A stretch of 64,000 nt of DNA from the human T2T-CHM13v2.0 reference genome, Homo sapiens: assembly GCF_009914755.1 (NCBI RefSeq), contig NC_060931.1. One strand, 5' to 3'. Both the position numbers and the translations under genes were made by a program. Below, in pieces: positions 1-13,723 of this stretch. A model generated the notes under the pieces. The model was not told where the DNA came from. It ran no database searches and saw nothing but the letters and a program-made list of their open reading frames with translations. Every line of letters begins with the position of its first letter. Within the stretch, counting starts at the first letter, position 1.

Positions 1-53
1 GGAAACACACTGTTTGTAAAGTCTGCAAGTGGATACATGGACCTGTTTGAGGC

Positions 54-70
54 CTTCGTTGGAAACGGGA
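54..70 (+). other. CENP-B box (monomer f type), CTTCGTTGGAAACGGGA; recurs once per HOR
   Basis: Exact match to the canonical 17-bp CENP-B box. By unit count, 188 box positions fall in the window. Confidence 0.97.
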
Positions 71-393
71 TTTCTTCATTGAATGCTAGACGGAAGAATT
101 CTCAGTAAATTCTTTGTGTTGTGTGCATTCAACTCACAGAGTGGAACGTCCCTTTAGACAGAGCAGATTTGAAACACTCTTTTTGCGGAATTTGCAAGTG
201 GAGATTTCTAGCCATTTGATGCCAACAGTAGAAAGGGAAATATCTTCAAATAAAAACCAGACAGAATCATTCTCAGAAAATTCTTTGTGATGTGTGCGTT
301 CAACTCACATAGTTTAACCTTTCTTTTCATAGAGCAGTTTGGAAACACTCTGTTTGTAAAGTCTGCAAGTGGATATATGGACCGCATTGAGGC

Positions 394-410
394 CTTCGTT
401 GGAAACGGGA
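394..410 (+). other. CENP-B box (monomer b type), CTTCGTTGGAAACGGGA
   Basis: Exact canonical 17-mer, 340 bp after the previous box. Confidence 0.97.
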
Positions 411-733
411 TTTCTTCATTTCATGCTAGACAGAAGAATTCTCAGTAACTTCTTTGTGCTGTGTGTATTCAACTCACAGAGTGGAACGTCCCTTTGCACA
501 GAGCAGATTTGAAACACTCTTTTTGTGGAGTTTGCAAGTGGAGATTTCAAGCGATTTGATGCCAACAGTAGAAAAGGAAATATCTTCAAATAAAAACTAG
601 ACAGAATCATTCTCAGAAACTACTTTGTGATGTGTGCCTTCAACTCACAGAGTTCAACCTTTCTTTTCTTAGAGCAGTTTAGAAACACTCTGCTTGTTAT
701 GTCTGCAAGTGGATATTTGGACCTCTTTGAGGC

Positions 734-750
734 CTTCGTTGCAAACGGGG
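734..750 (+). other. Variant CENP-B box (monomer d type), CTTCGTTGCAAACGGGG
   Basis: Two differences from the canonical box, but all nine core positions of NTTCGNNNNANNCGGGN are retained. Confidence 0.9.
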
Positions 751-2139
751 TTTCTTCCTTTCATGCTAGACTAAGAAGAGTTCTCAGTAACTTTTTTGTG
801 TTGTGTGTATTCAACTCACAGAGTTGAACCTTGCTTTAGAGAGAGCAGATTTGAAACACTCTTGCTGTGGCATTTTCAGGTGGAGATTTCAAGCGATTTG
901 AGGACAATTGCAGAAAAGGAAATATCTTCGTATAATAACCAGACAGAATCATTCTCAGAAAGTGCTTTGTGATGTGTGCGTTCAACTCACAGAGTTTAAC
1001 CTTTCTTTTCATAGAGGAGTTTGGAAACACACTGTTTGTAAAGTCTGCAAGTGGATACATGGACCTGTTTGAGGCCTTCGTTGGAAACGGGATTTCTTCA
1101 TTGAATGCTAGACGGAAGAATTCTCAGTAAATTCTTTGTGTTGTGTGCATTCAACTCACAGAGTGGAACGTCCCTTTAGACAGAGCAGATTTGAAACACT
1201 CTTTTTGCGGAATTTGCAAGTGGAGATTTCTAGCCATTTGATGCCAACAGTAGAAAGGGAAATATCTTCAAATAAAAACCAGACAGAATCATTCTCAGAA
1301 AATTCTTTGTGATGTGTGCGTTCAACTCACATAGTTTAACCTTTCTTTTCATAGAGCAGTTTGGAAACACTCTGTTTGTAAAGTCTGCAAGTGGATATAT
1401 GGACCGCATTGAGGCCTTCGTTGGAAACGGGATTTCTTCATTTCATGCTAGACAGAAGAATTCTCAGTAACTTCTTTGTGCCGTGTGTATTCAACTCACA
1501 GAGTGGAACGTCCCTTTGCACAGAGCAGATTTGAAACACTCTTTTTGTGGAGTTTGCAAGTGGAGATTTCAAGCGATTTGATGCCAACAGTAGAAAAGGA
1601 AATATCTTCAAATAAAAACTAGACAGAATCATTCTCAGAAACTACTTTGTGATGTGTGCCTTCAACTCACAGAGTTCAACCTTTCTTTTCTTAGAGCAGT
1701 TTAGAAACACTCTGTTTGTTATGTCTGCAAGTGGATATTTGGACCTCTTTGAGGCCTTCGTTGCAAACGGGGTTTCTTCCTTTCATGCTAGACTAAGAAG
1801 AGTTCTCAGTAACTTTTTTGTGTTGTGTGTATTCAACTCACAGAGTTGAACCTTGCTTTAGAGAGAGCAGATTTGAAACACTCTTGCTGTGGCATTTTCA
1901 GGTGGAGATTTCAAGCGATTTGAGGACAATTGCAGAAAAGGAAATATCTTCGTATAATAACCAGACAGAATCATTCTCAGAAAGTGCTTTGTGATGTGTG
2001 CGTTCAACTCACATAGTTTAACCTTTCTTTTCATAGAGGAGTTTGGAAACACACTGTTTGTAAAGTCTGCAAGTGGATACATGGACCTGTTTGAGGCCTT
2101 CGTTGGAAACGGGATTTCTTCATTGAATGCTAGACGGAA

Positions 2140-2821
2140 GAATTCTCAGTAAATTCTTTGTGTTGTGTGCATTCAACTCACAGAGTGGAACGTCCCTTTA
2201 GACAGAGCAGATTTGAAACACTCTTTTTGCGGAATTTGCAAGTGGAGATTTCTAGCCATTTGATGCCAACAGTAGAAAGGGAAATATCTTCAAATAAAAA
2301 CTAGACAGAATCATTCTCAGAAAATTCTTTGTGATGTGTGCCTTCAACTCACAGAGTTTAACCTTTCTTTTCTTAGAGCAGTTTAGAAACACTCTGCTTG
2401 TTATGTCTGCAAGTGGATATTTGGACCTCTTTGAGGCCTTCGTTGCAAACGGGGTTTCTTCCTTTCATGCTAGACTAAGAAGAGTTCTCAGTAACTTTTT
2501 TGTGTTGTGTGTATTCAACTCACAGAGTTGAACCTTGCTTTAGAGAGAGCAGATTTGAAACACTCTTGCTGTGGCATTTTCAGGTGGAGATTTCAAGCGA
2601 TTTGAGGACAATTGCAGAAAAGGAAATATCTTCGTATAATAACCAGACAGAATCATTCTCAGAAAGTGCTTTGTGATGTGTGCGTTCAACTCACAGAGTT
2701 TAACCTTTCTTTTCATAGAGGAGTTTGGAAACACACTGTTTGTAAAGACTGCAAGTGGATATATGGACCTGTTTGAGGCCTTCGTTGGAAACGGGATTTC
2801 TTCATTGAATGCTAGACGGAA
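2140..2821 (+). repeat. 4-mer HOR variant type 1 (682 bp; a, b/d hybrid, e, f)
   Basis: EcoRI sites at 2140 and 2822 with no internal site; monomer a is followed directly by a d-like monomer; ORF anchor spacing is 682. Confidence 0.95.
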
Positions 2822-5800
2822 GAATTCTCAGTAAATTCTTTGTGTTGTGTGCATTCAACTCACAGAGTGGAACGTCCCTTTAGACAGAGCAGATTTGAAA
2901 CACTCTTTTTGCGGAATTTGCAAGTGGAGATTTCTAGCCATTTGATGCCAACAGTAGAAAGGGAAATATCTTCAAATAAAAACCAGACAGAATCATTCTC
3001 AGAAAATTCTTTGTGATGTGTGCGTTCAACTCACATAGTTTAACCTTTCTTTTCATAGAGCAGTTTGGAAACACTCTGTTTGTAAAGTCTGCAAGTGGAT
3101 ATATGGACCGCATTGAGGCCTTCGTTGGAAACGGGATTTCTTCATTTCATGCTAGACAGAAGAATTCTCAGTAACTTCTTTGTGCTGTGTGTATTCAACT
3201 CACAGAGTGGAACGTCCCTTTGCACAGAGCAGATTTGAAACACTCTTTTTGTGGAGTTTGCAAGTGGAGATTTCAAGCGATTTGATGCCAACAGTAGAAA
3301 AGGAAATATCTTCAAATAAAAACTAGACAGAATCATTCTCAGAAACTACTTTGTGATGTGTGCCTTCAACTCACAGAGTTCAACCTTTCTTTTCTTAGAG
3401 CAGTTTAGAAACACTCTGCTTGTTATGTCTGCAAGTGGATATTTGGACCTCTTTGAGGCCTTCGTTGCAAACGGGGTTTCTTCCTTTCATGCTAGACTAA
3501 GAAGAGTTCTCAGTAACTTTTTTGTGTTGTGTGTATTCAACTCACAGAGTTGAACCTTGCTTTAGAGAGAGCAGATTTGAAACACTCTTGCTGTGGCATT
3601 TTCAGGTGGAGATTTCAAGCGATTTGAGGACAATTGCAGAAAAGGAAATATCTTCGTATAATAACCAGACAGAATCATTCTCAGAAAGTGCTTTGTGATG
3701 TGTGCGTTCAACTCACAGAGTTTAACCTTTCTTTTCATAGAGGAGTTTGGAAACACACTGTTTGTAAAGTCTGCAAGTGGATACATGGACCTGTTTGAGG
3801 CCTTCGTTGGAAACGGGATTTCTTCATTGAATGCTAGACGGAAGAATTCTCAGTAAATTCTTTGTGTTGTGTGCATTCAACTCACAGAGTGGAACGTCCC
3901 TTTAGACAGAGCAGATTTGAAACACTCTTTTTGCGGAATTTGCAAGTGGAGATTTCTAGCCATTTGATGCCAACAGTAGAAAGGGAAATATCTTCAAATA
4001 AAAACCAGACAGAATCATTCTCAGAAAATTCTTTGTGATGTGTGCGTTCAACTCACATAGTTTAACCTTTCTTTTCATAGAGCAGTTTGGAAACACTCTG
4101 TTTGTAAAGTCTGCAAGTGGATATATGGACCGCATTGAGGCCTTCGTTGGAAACGGGATTTCTTCATTTCATGCTAGACAGAAGAATTCTCAGTAACTTC
4201 TTTGTGCTGTGTGTATTCAACTCACAGAGTGGAACGTCCCTTTGCACAGAGCAGATTTGAAACACTCTTTTTGTGGAGTTTGCAAGTGGAGATTTCAAGC
4301 GATTTGATGCCAACAGTAGAAAAGGAAATATCTTCAAATAAAAACTAGACAGAATCATTCTCAGAAACTACTTTGTGATGTGTGCCTTCAACTCACAGAG
4401 TTCAACCTTTCTTTTCTTAGAGCAGTTTAGAAACACTCTGCTTGTTATGTCTGCAAGTGGATATTTGGACCTCTTTGAGGCCTTCGTTGCAAACGGGGTT
4501 TCTTCCTTTCATGCTAGACTAAGAAGAGTTCTCAGTAACTTTTTTGTGTTGTGTGTATTCAACTCACAGAGTTGAACCTTGCTTTAGAGAGAGCAGATTT
4601 GAAACACTCTTGCTGTGGCATTTTCAGGTGGAGATTTCAAGCGATTTGAGGACAATTGCAGAAAAGGAAATATCTTCGTATAATAACCAGACAGAATCAT
4701 TCTCAGAAAGTGCTTTGTGATGTGTGCGTTCAACTCACAGAGTTTAACCTTTCTTTTCATAGAGGAGTTTGGAAACACACTGTTTGTAAAGTCTGCAAGT
4801 GGATACATGGACCTGTTTGAGGCCTTCGTTGGAAACGGGATTTCTTCATTGAATGCTAGACGGAAGAATTCTCAGTAAATTCTTTGTGTTGTGTGCATTC
4901 AACTCACAGAGTGGAACGTCCCTTTAGACAGAGCAGATTTGAAACACTCTTTTTGCGGAATTTGCAAGTGGAGATTTCTAGCCATTTGATGCCAACAGTA
5001 GAAAGGGAAATATCTTCAAATAAAAACCAGACAGAATCATTCTCAGAAAATTCTTTGTGATGTGTGCGTTCAACTCACATAGTTTAACCTTTCTTTTCAT
5101 AGAGCAGTTTGGAAACACTCTGTTTGTAAAGTCTGCAAGTGGATATATGGACCGCATTGAGGCCTTCGTTGGAAACGGGATTTCTTCATTTCATGCTAGA
5201 CAGAAGAATTCTCAGTAACTTCTTTGTGCTGTGTGTATTCAACTCACAGAGTGGAACGTCCCTTTGCACAGAGCAGATTTGAAACACTCTTTTTGTGGAG
5301 TTTGCAAGTGGAGATTTCAAGCGATTTGATGCCAACAGTAGAAAAGGAAATATCTTCAAATAAAAACTAGACAGAATCATTCTCAGAAACTACTTTGTGA
5401 TGTGTGCCTTCAACTCACAGAGTTCAACCTTTCTTTTCTTAGAGCAGTTTAGAAACACTCTGCTTGTTATGTCTGCAAGTGGATATTTGGACCTCTTTGA
5501 GGCCTTCGTTGCAAACGGGGTTTCTTCCTTTCATGCTAGACTAAGAAGAGTTCTCAGTAACTTTTTTGTGTTGTGTGTATTCAACTCACAGAGTTGAACC
5601 TTGCTTTAGAGAGAGCAGATTTGAAACACTCTTGCTGTGGCATTTTCAGGTGGAGATTTCAAGCGATTTGAGGACAATTGCAGAAAAGGAAATATCTTCG
5701 TATAATAACCAGACAGAATCATTCTCAGAAAGTGCTTTGTGATGTGTGCGTTCAACTCACAGAGTTTAACCTTTCTTTTCATAGAGGAGTTTGGAAACAC

Positions 5801-8800
5801 ACTGTTTGTAAAGTCTGCAAGTGGATACATGGACCTGTTTGAGGCCTTCGTTGGAAACGGGATTTCTTCATTGAATGCTAGACGGAAGAATTCTCAGTAA
5901 ATTCTTTGTGTTGTGTGCATTCAACTCACAGAGTGGAACGTCCCTTTAGACAGAGCAGATTTGAAACACTCTTTTTGCGGAATTTGCAAGTGGAGATTTC
6001 TAGCCATTTGATGCCAACAGTAGAAAGGGAAATATCTTCAAATAAAAACCAGACAGAATCATTCTCAGAAAATTCTTTGTGATGTGTGCGTTCAACTCAC
6101 ATAGTTTAACCTTTCTTTTCATAGAGCAGTTTGGAAACACTCTGTTTGTAAAGTCTGCAAGTGGATATATGGACCGCATTGAGGCCTTCGTTGGAAACGG
6201 GATTTCTTCATTTCATGCTAGACAGAAGAATTCTCAGTAACTTCTTTGTGCTGTGTGTATTCAACTCACAGAGTGGAACGTCCCTTTGCACAGAGCAGAT
6301 TTGAAACACTCTTTTTGTGGAGTTTGCAAGTGGAGATTTCAAGCGATTTGATGCCAACAGTAGAAAAGGAAATATCTTCAAATAAAAACTAGACAGAATC
6401 ATTCTCAGAAACTACTTTGTGATGTGTGCCTTCAACTCACAGAGTTCAACCTTTCTTTTCTTAGAGCAGTTTAGAAACACTCTGCTTGTTATGTCTGCAA
6501 GTGGATATTTGGACCTCTTTGAGGCCTTCGTTGCAAACGGGGTTTCTTCCTTTCATGCTAGACTAAGAAGAGTTCTCAGTAACTTTTTTGTGTTGTGTGT
6601 ATTCAACTCACAGAGTTGAACCTTGCTTTAGAGAGAGCAGATTTGAAACACTCTTGCTGTGGCATTTTCAGGTGGAGATTTCAAGCGATTTGAGGACAAT
6701 TGCAGAAAAGGAAATATCTTCGTATAATAACCAGACAGAATCATTCTCAGAAAGTGCTTTGTGATGTGTGCGTTCAACTCACAGAGTTTAACCTTTCTTT
6801 TCATAGAGGAGTTTGGAAACACACTGTTTGTAAAGTCTGCAAGTGGATACATGGACCTGTTTGAGGCCTTCGTTGGAAACGGGATTTCTTCATTGAATGC
6901 TAGACGGAAGAATTCTCAGTAAATTCTTTGTGTTGTGTGCATTCAACTCACAGAGTGGAACGTCCCTTTAGACAGAGCAGATTTGAAACACTCTTTTTGC
7001 GGAATTTGCAAGTGGAGATTTCTAGCCATTTGATGCCAACAGTAGAAAGGGAAATATCTTCAAATAAAAACCAGACAGAATCATTCTCAGAAAATTCTTT
7101 GTGATGTGTGCGTTCAACTCACATAGTTTAACCTTTCTTTTCATAGAGCAGTTTGGAAACACTCTGTTTGTAAAGTCTGCAAGTGGATATATGGACCGCA
7201 TTGAGGCCTTCGTTGGAAACGGGATTTCTTCATTTCATGCTAGACAGAAGAATTCTCAGTAACTTCTTTGTGCTGTGTGTATTCAACTCACAGAGTGGAA
7301 CGTCCCTTTGCACAGAGCAGATTTGAAACACTCTTTTTGTGGAGTTTGCAAGTGGAGATTTCAAGCGATTTGATGCCAACAGTAGAAAAGGAAATATCTT
7401 CAAATAAAAACTAGACAGAATCATTCTCAGAAACTACTTTGTGATGTGTGCCTTCAACTCACAGAGTTCAACCTTTCTTTTCTTAGAGCAGTTTAGAAAC
7501 ACTCTGCTTGTTATGTCTGCAAGTGGATATTTGGACCTCTTTGAGGCCTTCGTTGCAAACGGGGTTTCTTCCTTTCATGCTAGACTAAGAAGAGTTCTCA
7601 GTAACTTTTTTGTGTTGTGTGTATTCAACTCACAGAGTTGAACCTTGCTTTAGAGAGAGCAGATTTGAAACACTCTTGCTGTGGCATTTTCAGGTGGAGA
7701 TTTCAAGCGATTTGAGGACAATTGCAGAAAAGGAAATATCTTCGTATAATAACCAGACAGAATCATTCTCAGAAAGTGCTTTGTGATGTGTGCGTTCAAC
7801 TCACAGAGTTTAACCTTTCTTTTCATAGAGGAGTTTGGAAACACACTGTTTGTAAAGTCTGCAAGTGGATACATGGACCTGTTTGAGGCCTTCGTTGGAA
7901 ACGGGATTTCTTCATTGAATGCTAGACGGAAGAATTCTCAGTAAATTCTTTGTGTTGTGTGCATTCAACTCACAGAGTGGAACGTCCCTTTAGACAGAGC
8001 AGATTTGAAACACTCTTTTTGCGGAATTTGCAAGTGGAGATTTCTAGCCATTTGATGCCAACAGTAGAAAGGGAAATATCTTCAAATAAAAACCAGACAG
8101 AATCATTCTCAGAAAATTCTTTGTGATGTGTGCGTTCAACTCACATAGTTTAACCTTTCTTTTCATAGAGCAGTTTGGAAACACTCTGTTTGTAAAGTCT
8201 GCAAGTGGATATATGGACCGCATTGAGGCCTTCGTTGGAAACGGGATTTCTTCATTTCATGCTAGACAGAAGAATTCTCAGTAACTTCTTTGTGCTGTGT
8301 GTATTCAACTCACAGAGTGGAACGTCCCTTTGCACAGAGCAGATTTGAAACACTCTTTTTGTGGAGTTTGCAAGTGGAGATTTCAAGCGATTTGATGCCA
8401 ACAGTAGAAAAGGAAATATCTTCAAATAAAAACTAGACAGAATCATTCTCAGAAACTACTTTGTGATGTGTGCCTTCAACTCACAGAGTTCAACCTTTCT
8501 TTTCTTAGAGCAGTTTAGAAACACTCTGCTTGTTATGTCTGCAAGTGGATATTTGGACCTCTTTGAGGCCTTCGTTGCAAACGGGGTTTCTTCCTTTCAT
8601 GCTAGACTAAGAAGAGTTCTCAGTAACTTTTTTGTGTTGTGTGTATTCAACTCACAGAGTTGAACCTTGCTTTAGAGAGAGCAGATTTGAAACACTCTTG
8701 CTGTGGCATTTTCAGGTGGAGATTTCAAGCGATTTGAGGACAATTGCAGAAAAGGAAATATCTTCGTATAATAACCAGACAGAATCATTCTCAGAAAGTG

Positions 8801-10997
8801 CTTTGTGATGTGTGCGTTCAACTCACAGAGTTTAACCTTTCTTTTCATAGAGGAGTTTGGAAACACACTGTTTGTAAAGTCTGCAAGTGGATACATGGAC
8901 CTGTTTGAGGCCTTCGTTGGAAACGGGATTTCTTCATTGAATGCTAGACGGAAGAATTCTCAGTAAATTCTTTGTGTTGTGTGCATTCAACTCACAGAGT
9001 GGAACGTCCCTTTAGACACAGCAGATTTGAAACACTCTTTTTGCGGAATTTGCAAGTGGAGATTTCTAGCCATTTGATGCCAACAGTAGAAAGGGAAATA
9101 TCTTCAAATAAAAACCAGACAGAATCATTCTCAGAAAATTCTTTGTGATGTGTGCGTTCAACTCACATAGTTTAACCTTTCTTTTCATAGAGCAGTTTGG
9201 AAACACTCTGTTTGTAAAGTCTGCAAGTGGATATATGGACCGCATTGAGGCCTTCGTTGGAAACGGGATTTCTTCATTTCATGCTAGACAGAAGAATTCT
9301 CAGTAACTTCTTTGTGCTGTGTGTATTCAACTCACAGAGTGGAACGTCCCTTTGCACAGAGCAGATTTGAAACACTCTTTTTGTGGAGTTTGCAAGCGGA
9401 GATTTCAAGCGATTTGATGCCAACAGTAGAAAAGGAAATATCTTCAAATAAAAACTAGACAGAATCATTCTCAGAAACTACTTTGTGATGTGTGCCTTCA
9501 ACTCACAGAGTTCAACCTTTCTTTTCTTAGAGCAGTTTAGAAACACTCTGCTTGTTATGTCTGCAAGTGGATATTTGGACCTCTTTGAGGCCTTCGTTGC
9601 AAACGGGGTTTCTTCCTTTCATGCTAGACTAAGAAGAGTTCTCAGTAACTTTTTTGTGTTGTGTGTATTCAACTCACAGAGTTGAACCTTGCTTTAGAGA
9701 GAGCAGATTTGAAACACTCTTGCTGTGGCATTTTCAGGTGGAGATTTCAAGCGATTTGAGGACAATTGCAGAAAAGGAAATATCTTCGTATAATAACCAG
9801 ACAGAATCATTCTCAGAAAGTGCTTTGTGATGTGTGCGTTCAACTCACAGAGTTTAACCTTTCTTTTCATAGAGGAGTTTGGAAACACACTGTTTGTAAA
9901 GTCTGCAAGTGGATACATGGACCTGTTTGAGGCCTTCGTTGGAAACGGGATTTCTTCATTGAATGCTAGACGGAAGAATTCTCAGTAAATTCTTTGTGTT
10001 GTGTGCATTCAACTCACAGAGTGGAACGTCCCTTTAGACAGAGCAGATTTGAAACACTCTTTTTGCGGAATTTGCAAGTGGAGATTTCTAGCCATTTGAT
10101 GCCAACAGTAGAAAGGGAAATATCTTCAAATAAAAACCAGACAGAATCATTCTCAGAAAATTCTTTGTGATGTGTGCGTTCAACTCACATAGTTTAACCT
10201 TTCTTTTCATAGAGCAGTTTGGAAACACTCTGTTTGTAAAGTCTGCAAGTGGATATATGGACCGCATTGAGGCCTTCATTGGAAACGGGATTTCTTCATT
10301 TCATGCTAGACAGAAGAATTCTCAGTAACTTCTTTGTGCTGTGTGTATTCAACTCACAGAGTGGAACGTCCCTTTGCACAGAGCAGATTTGAAACACTCT
10401 TTTTGTGGAGTTTGCAAGTGGAGATTTCAAGCGATTTGATGCCAACAGTAGAAAAGGAAATATCTTCAAATAAAAACTAGACAGAATCATTCTCAGAAAC
10501 TACTTTGTGATGTGTGCCTTCAACTCACAGAGTTCAACCTTTCTTTTCTTAGAGCAGTTTAGAAACACTCTGCTTGTTATGTCTGCAAGTGGATATTTGG
10601 ACCTCTTTGAGGCCTTCGTTGCAAACGGGGTTTCTTCCTTTCATGCTAGACTAAGAAGAGTTCTCAGTAACTTTTTTGTGTTGTGTGTATTCAACTCACA
10701 GAGTTGAACCTTGCTTTAGAGAGAGCAGATTTGAAACACTCTTGCTGTGGCATTTTCAGGTGGAGATTTCAAGCGATTTGAGGACAATTGCAGAAAAGGA
10801 AATATCTTCGTATAATAACCAGACAGAATCATTCTCAGAAAGTGCTTTGTGATGTGTGCGTTCAACTCACAGAGTTTAACCTTTCTTTTCATAGAGGAGT
10901 TTGGAAACACACTGTTTGTAAAGTCTGCAAGTGGATACATGGACCTGTTTGAGGCCTTCGTTGGAAACGGGATTTCTTCATTGAATGCTAGACGGAA

Positions 10998-11679
10998 GAA
11001 TTCTCAGTAAATTCTTTGTGTTGTGTGCATTCAACTCACAGAGTGGAACGTCCCTTTAGACAGAGCAGATTTGAAACACTCTTTTTGCGGAATTTGCAAG
11101 TGGAGATTTCTAGCCATTTGATGCCAACAGTAGAAAGGGAAATATCTTCAAATAAAAACTAGACAGAATCATTCTCAGAAAATTCTTTGTGATGTGTGCC
11201 TTCAACTCACAGAGTTTAACCTTTCTTTTCTTAGAGCAGTTTAGAAACACTCTGCTTGTTATGTCTGCAAGTGGATATTTGGACCTCTTTGAGGCCTTCG
11301 TTGCAAACGGGGTTTCTTCCTTTCATGCTAGACTAAGAAGAGTTCTCAGTAACTTTTTTGTGTTGTGTGTATTCAACTCACAGAGTTGAACCTTGCTTTA
11401 GAGAGAGCAGATTTGAAACACTCTTGCTGTGGCATTTTCAGGTGGAGATTTCAAGCGATTTGAGGACAATTGCAGAAAAGGAAATATCTTCGTATAATAA
11501 CCAGACAGAATCATTCTCAGAAAGTGCTTTGTGATGTGTGCGTTCAACTCACAGAGTTTAACCTTTCTTTTCATAGAGGAGTTTGGAAACACACTGTTTG
11601 TAAAGACTGCAAGTGGATATATGGACCTGTTTGAGGCCTTCGTTGGAAACGGGATTTCTTCATTGAATGCTAGACGGAA
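10998..11679 (+). repeat. 4-mer HOR variant type 1 (682 bp)
   Basis: Anchor spacing 10716->11398; same junction (AAAAACTAG...AAAATTCT...GTGCCTTC) as the 2140 copy. Confidence 0.95.
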
Positions 11680-13723
11680 GAATTCTCAGTAAATTCTTTG
11701 TGTTGTGTGCATTCAACTCACAGAGTGGAACGTCCCTTTAGACACAGCAGATTTGAAACACTCTTTTTGCGGAATTTGCAAGTGGAGATTTCTAGCCATT
11801 TGATGCCAACAGTAGAAAGGGAAATATCTTCAAATAAAAACCAGACAGAATCATTCTCAGCAAATTCTTTGTGATGTGTGCGTTCAACTCACATAGTTTA
11901 ACCTTTCTTTTCATAGAGCAGTTTGGAAACACTCTGTTTGTAAAGTCTGCAAGTGGATATATGGACCGCATTGAGGCCTTCGTTGGAAACGGGATTTCTT
12001 CATTTCATGCTAGACAGAAGAATTCTCAGTAACTTCTTTGTGCTGTGTGTATTCAACTCACAGAGTGGAACGTCCCTTTGCACAGAGCAGATTTGAAACA
12101 CTCTTTTTGTGGAGTTTGCAAGTGGAGATTTCAAGCGATTTGATGCCAACAGTAGAAAAGGAAATATCTTCAAATAAAAACTAGACAGAATCATTCTCAG
12201 AAACTACTTTGTGATGTGTGCCTTCAACTCACAGAGTTCAACCTTTCTTTTCTTAGAGCAGTTTAGAAACACTCTGCTTGTTATGTCTGCAAGTGGATAT
12301 TTGGACCTCTTTGAGGCCTTCGTTGCAAACGGGGTTTCTTCCTTTCATGCTAGACTAAGAAGAGTTCTCAGTAACTTTTTTGTGTTGTGTGTATTCAACT
12401 CACAGAGTTGAACCTTGCTTTAGAGAGAGCAGATTTGAAACACTCTTGCTGTGGCATTTTCAGGTGGAGATTTCAAGCGATTTGAGGACAATTGCAGAAA
12501 AGGAAATATCTTCGTATAATAACCAGACAGAATCATTCTCAGAAAGTGCTTTGTGATGTGTGCGTTCAACTCACAGAGTTTAACCTTTCTTTTCATAGAG
12601 GAGTTTGGAAACACACTGTTTGTAAAGTCTGCAAGTGGATACATGGACCTGTTTGAGGCCTTCGTTGGAAACGGGATTTCTTCATTGAATGCTAGACGGA
12701 AGAATTCTCAGTAAATTCTTTGTGTTGTGTGCATTCAACTCACAGAGTGGAACGTCCCTTTAGACAGAGCAGATTTGAAACACTCTTTTTGCGGAATTTG
12801 CAAGTGGAGATTTCTAGCCATTTGATGCCAACAGTAGAAAGGGAAATATCTTCAAATAAAAACCAGACAGAATCATTCTCAGAAAATTCTTTGTGATGTG
12901 TGCGTTCAACTCACATAGTTTAACCTTTCTTTTCATAGAGCAGTTTGGAAACACTCTGTTTGTAAAGTCTGCAAGTGGATATATGGACCGCATTGAGGCC
13001 TTCGTTGGAAACGGGATTTCTTCATTTCATGCTAGACAGAAGAATTCTCAGTAACTTCTTTGTGCTGTGTGTATTCAACTCACAGAGTGGAACGTCCCTT
13101 TGCACAGAGCAGATTTGAAACACTCTTTTTGTGGAGTTTGCAAGTGGAGATTTCAAGCGATTTGATGCCAACAGTAGAAAAGGAAATATCTTCAAATAAA
13201 AACTAGACAGAATCATTCTCAGAAACTACTTTGTGATGTGTGCCTTCAACTCACAGAGTTCAACCTTTCTTTTCTTAGAGCAGTTTAGAAACACTCTGCT
13301 TGTTATGTCTGCAAGTGGATATTTGGACCTCTTTGAGGCCTTCGTTGCAAACGGGGTTTCTTCCTTTCATGCTAGACTAAGAAGAGTTCTCAGTAACTTT
13401 TTTGTGTTGTGTGTATTCAACTCACAGAGTTGAACCTTGCTTTAGAGAGAGCAGATTTGAAACACTCTTGCTGTGGCATTTTCAGGTGGAGATTTCAAGC
13501 GATTTGAGGACAATTGCAGAAAAGGAAATATCTTCGTATAATAACCAGACAGAATCATTCTCAGAAAGTGCTTTGTGATGTGTGCGTTCAACTCACAGAG
13601 TTTAACCTTTCTTTTCATAGAGGAGTTTGGAAACACACTGTTTGTAAAGTCTGCAAGTGGATACATGGACCTGTTTGAGGCCTTCGTTGGAAACGGGATT
13701 TCTTCATTGAATGCTAGACGGAA

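Larger units (their letters stand above)
97..1118 (+). repeat. Reference canonical 6-mer HOR unit: monomers a 97-267, b 268-436, c 437-607, d 608-778, e 779-949, f 950-1118
   Basis: Monomer starts at AATTCTCAG/CATTCTCAG/AGTTCTCAG (97, 268, 437, 608, 779, 950, 1119); lengths sum to 1022. b, d and f carry CENP-B boxes; a, c and e carry the A-type 'AGAAA(A/G)GGAAATATCTT' segment instead. Confidence 0.95.

Noticed and set aside
563-580. pJalpha-box-like segment in monomers a, c, e
   Set aside because: It is only a degenerate match at the expected A-type monomer position; ordinary for alpha satellite, and binding cannot be supported.
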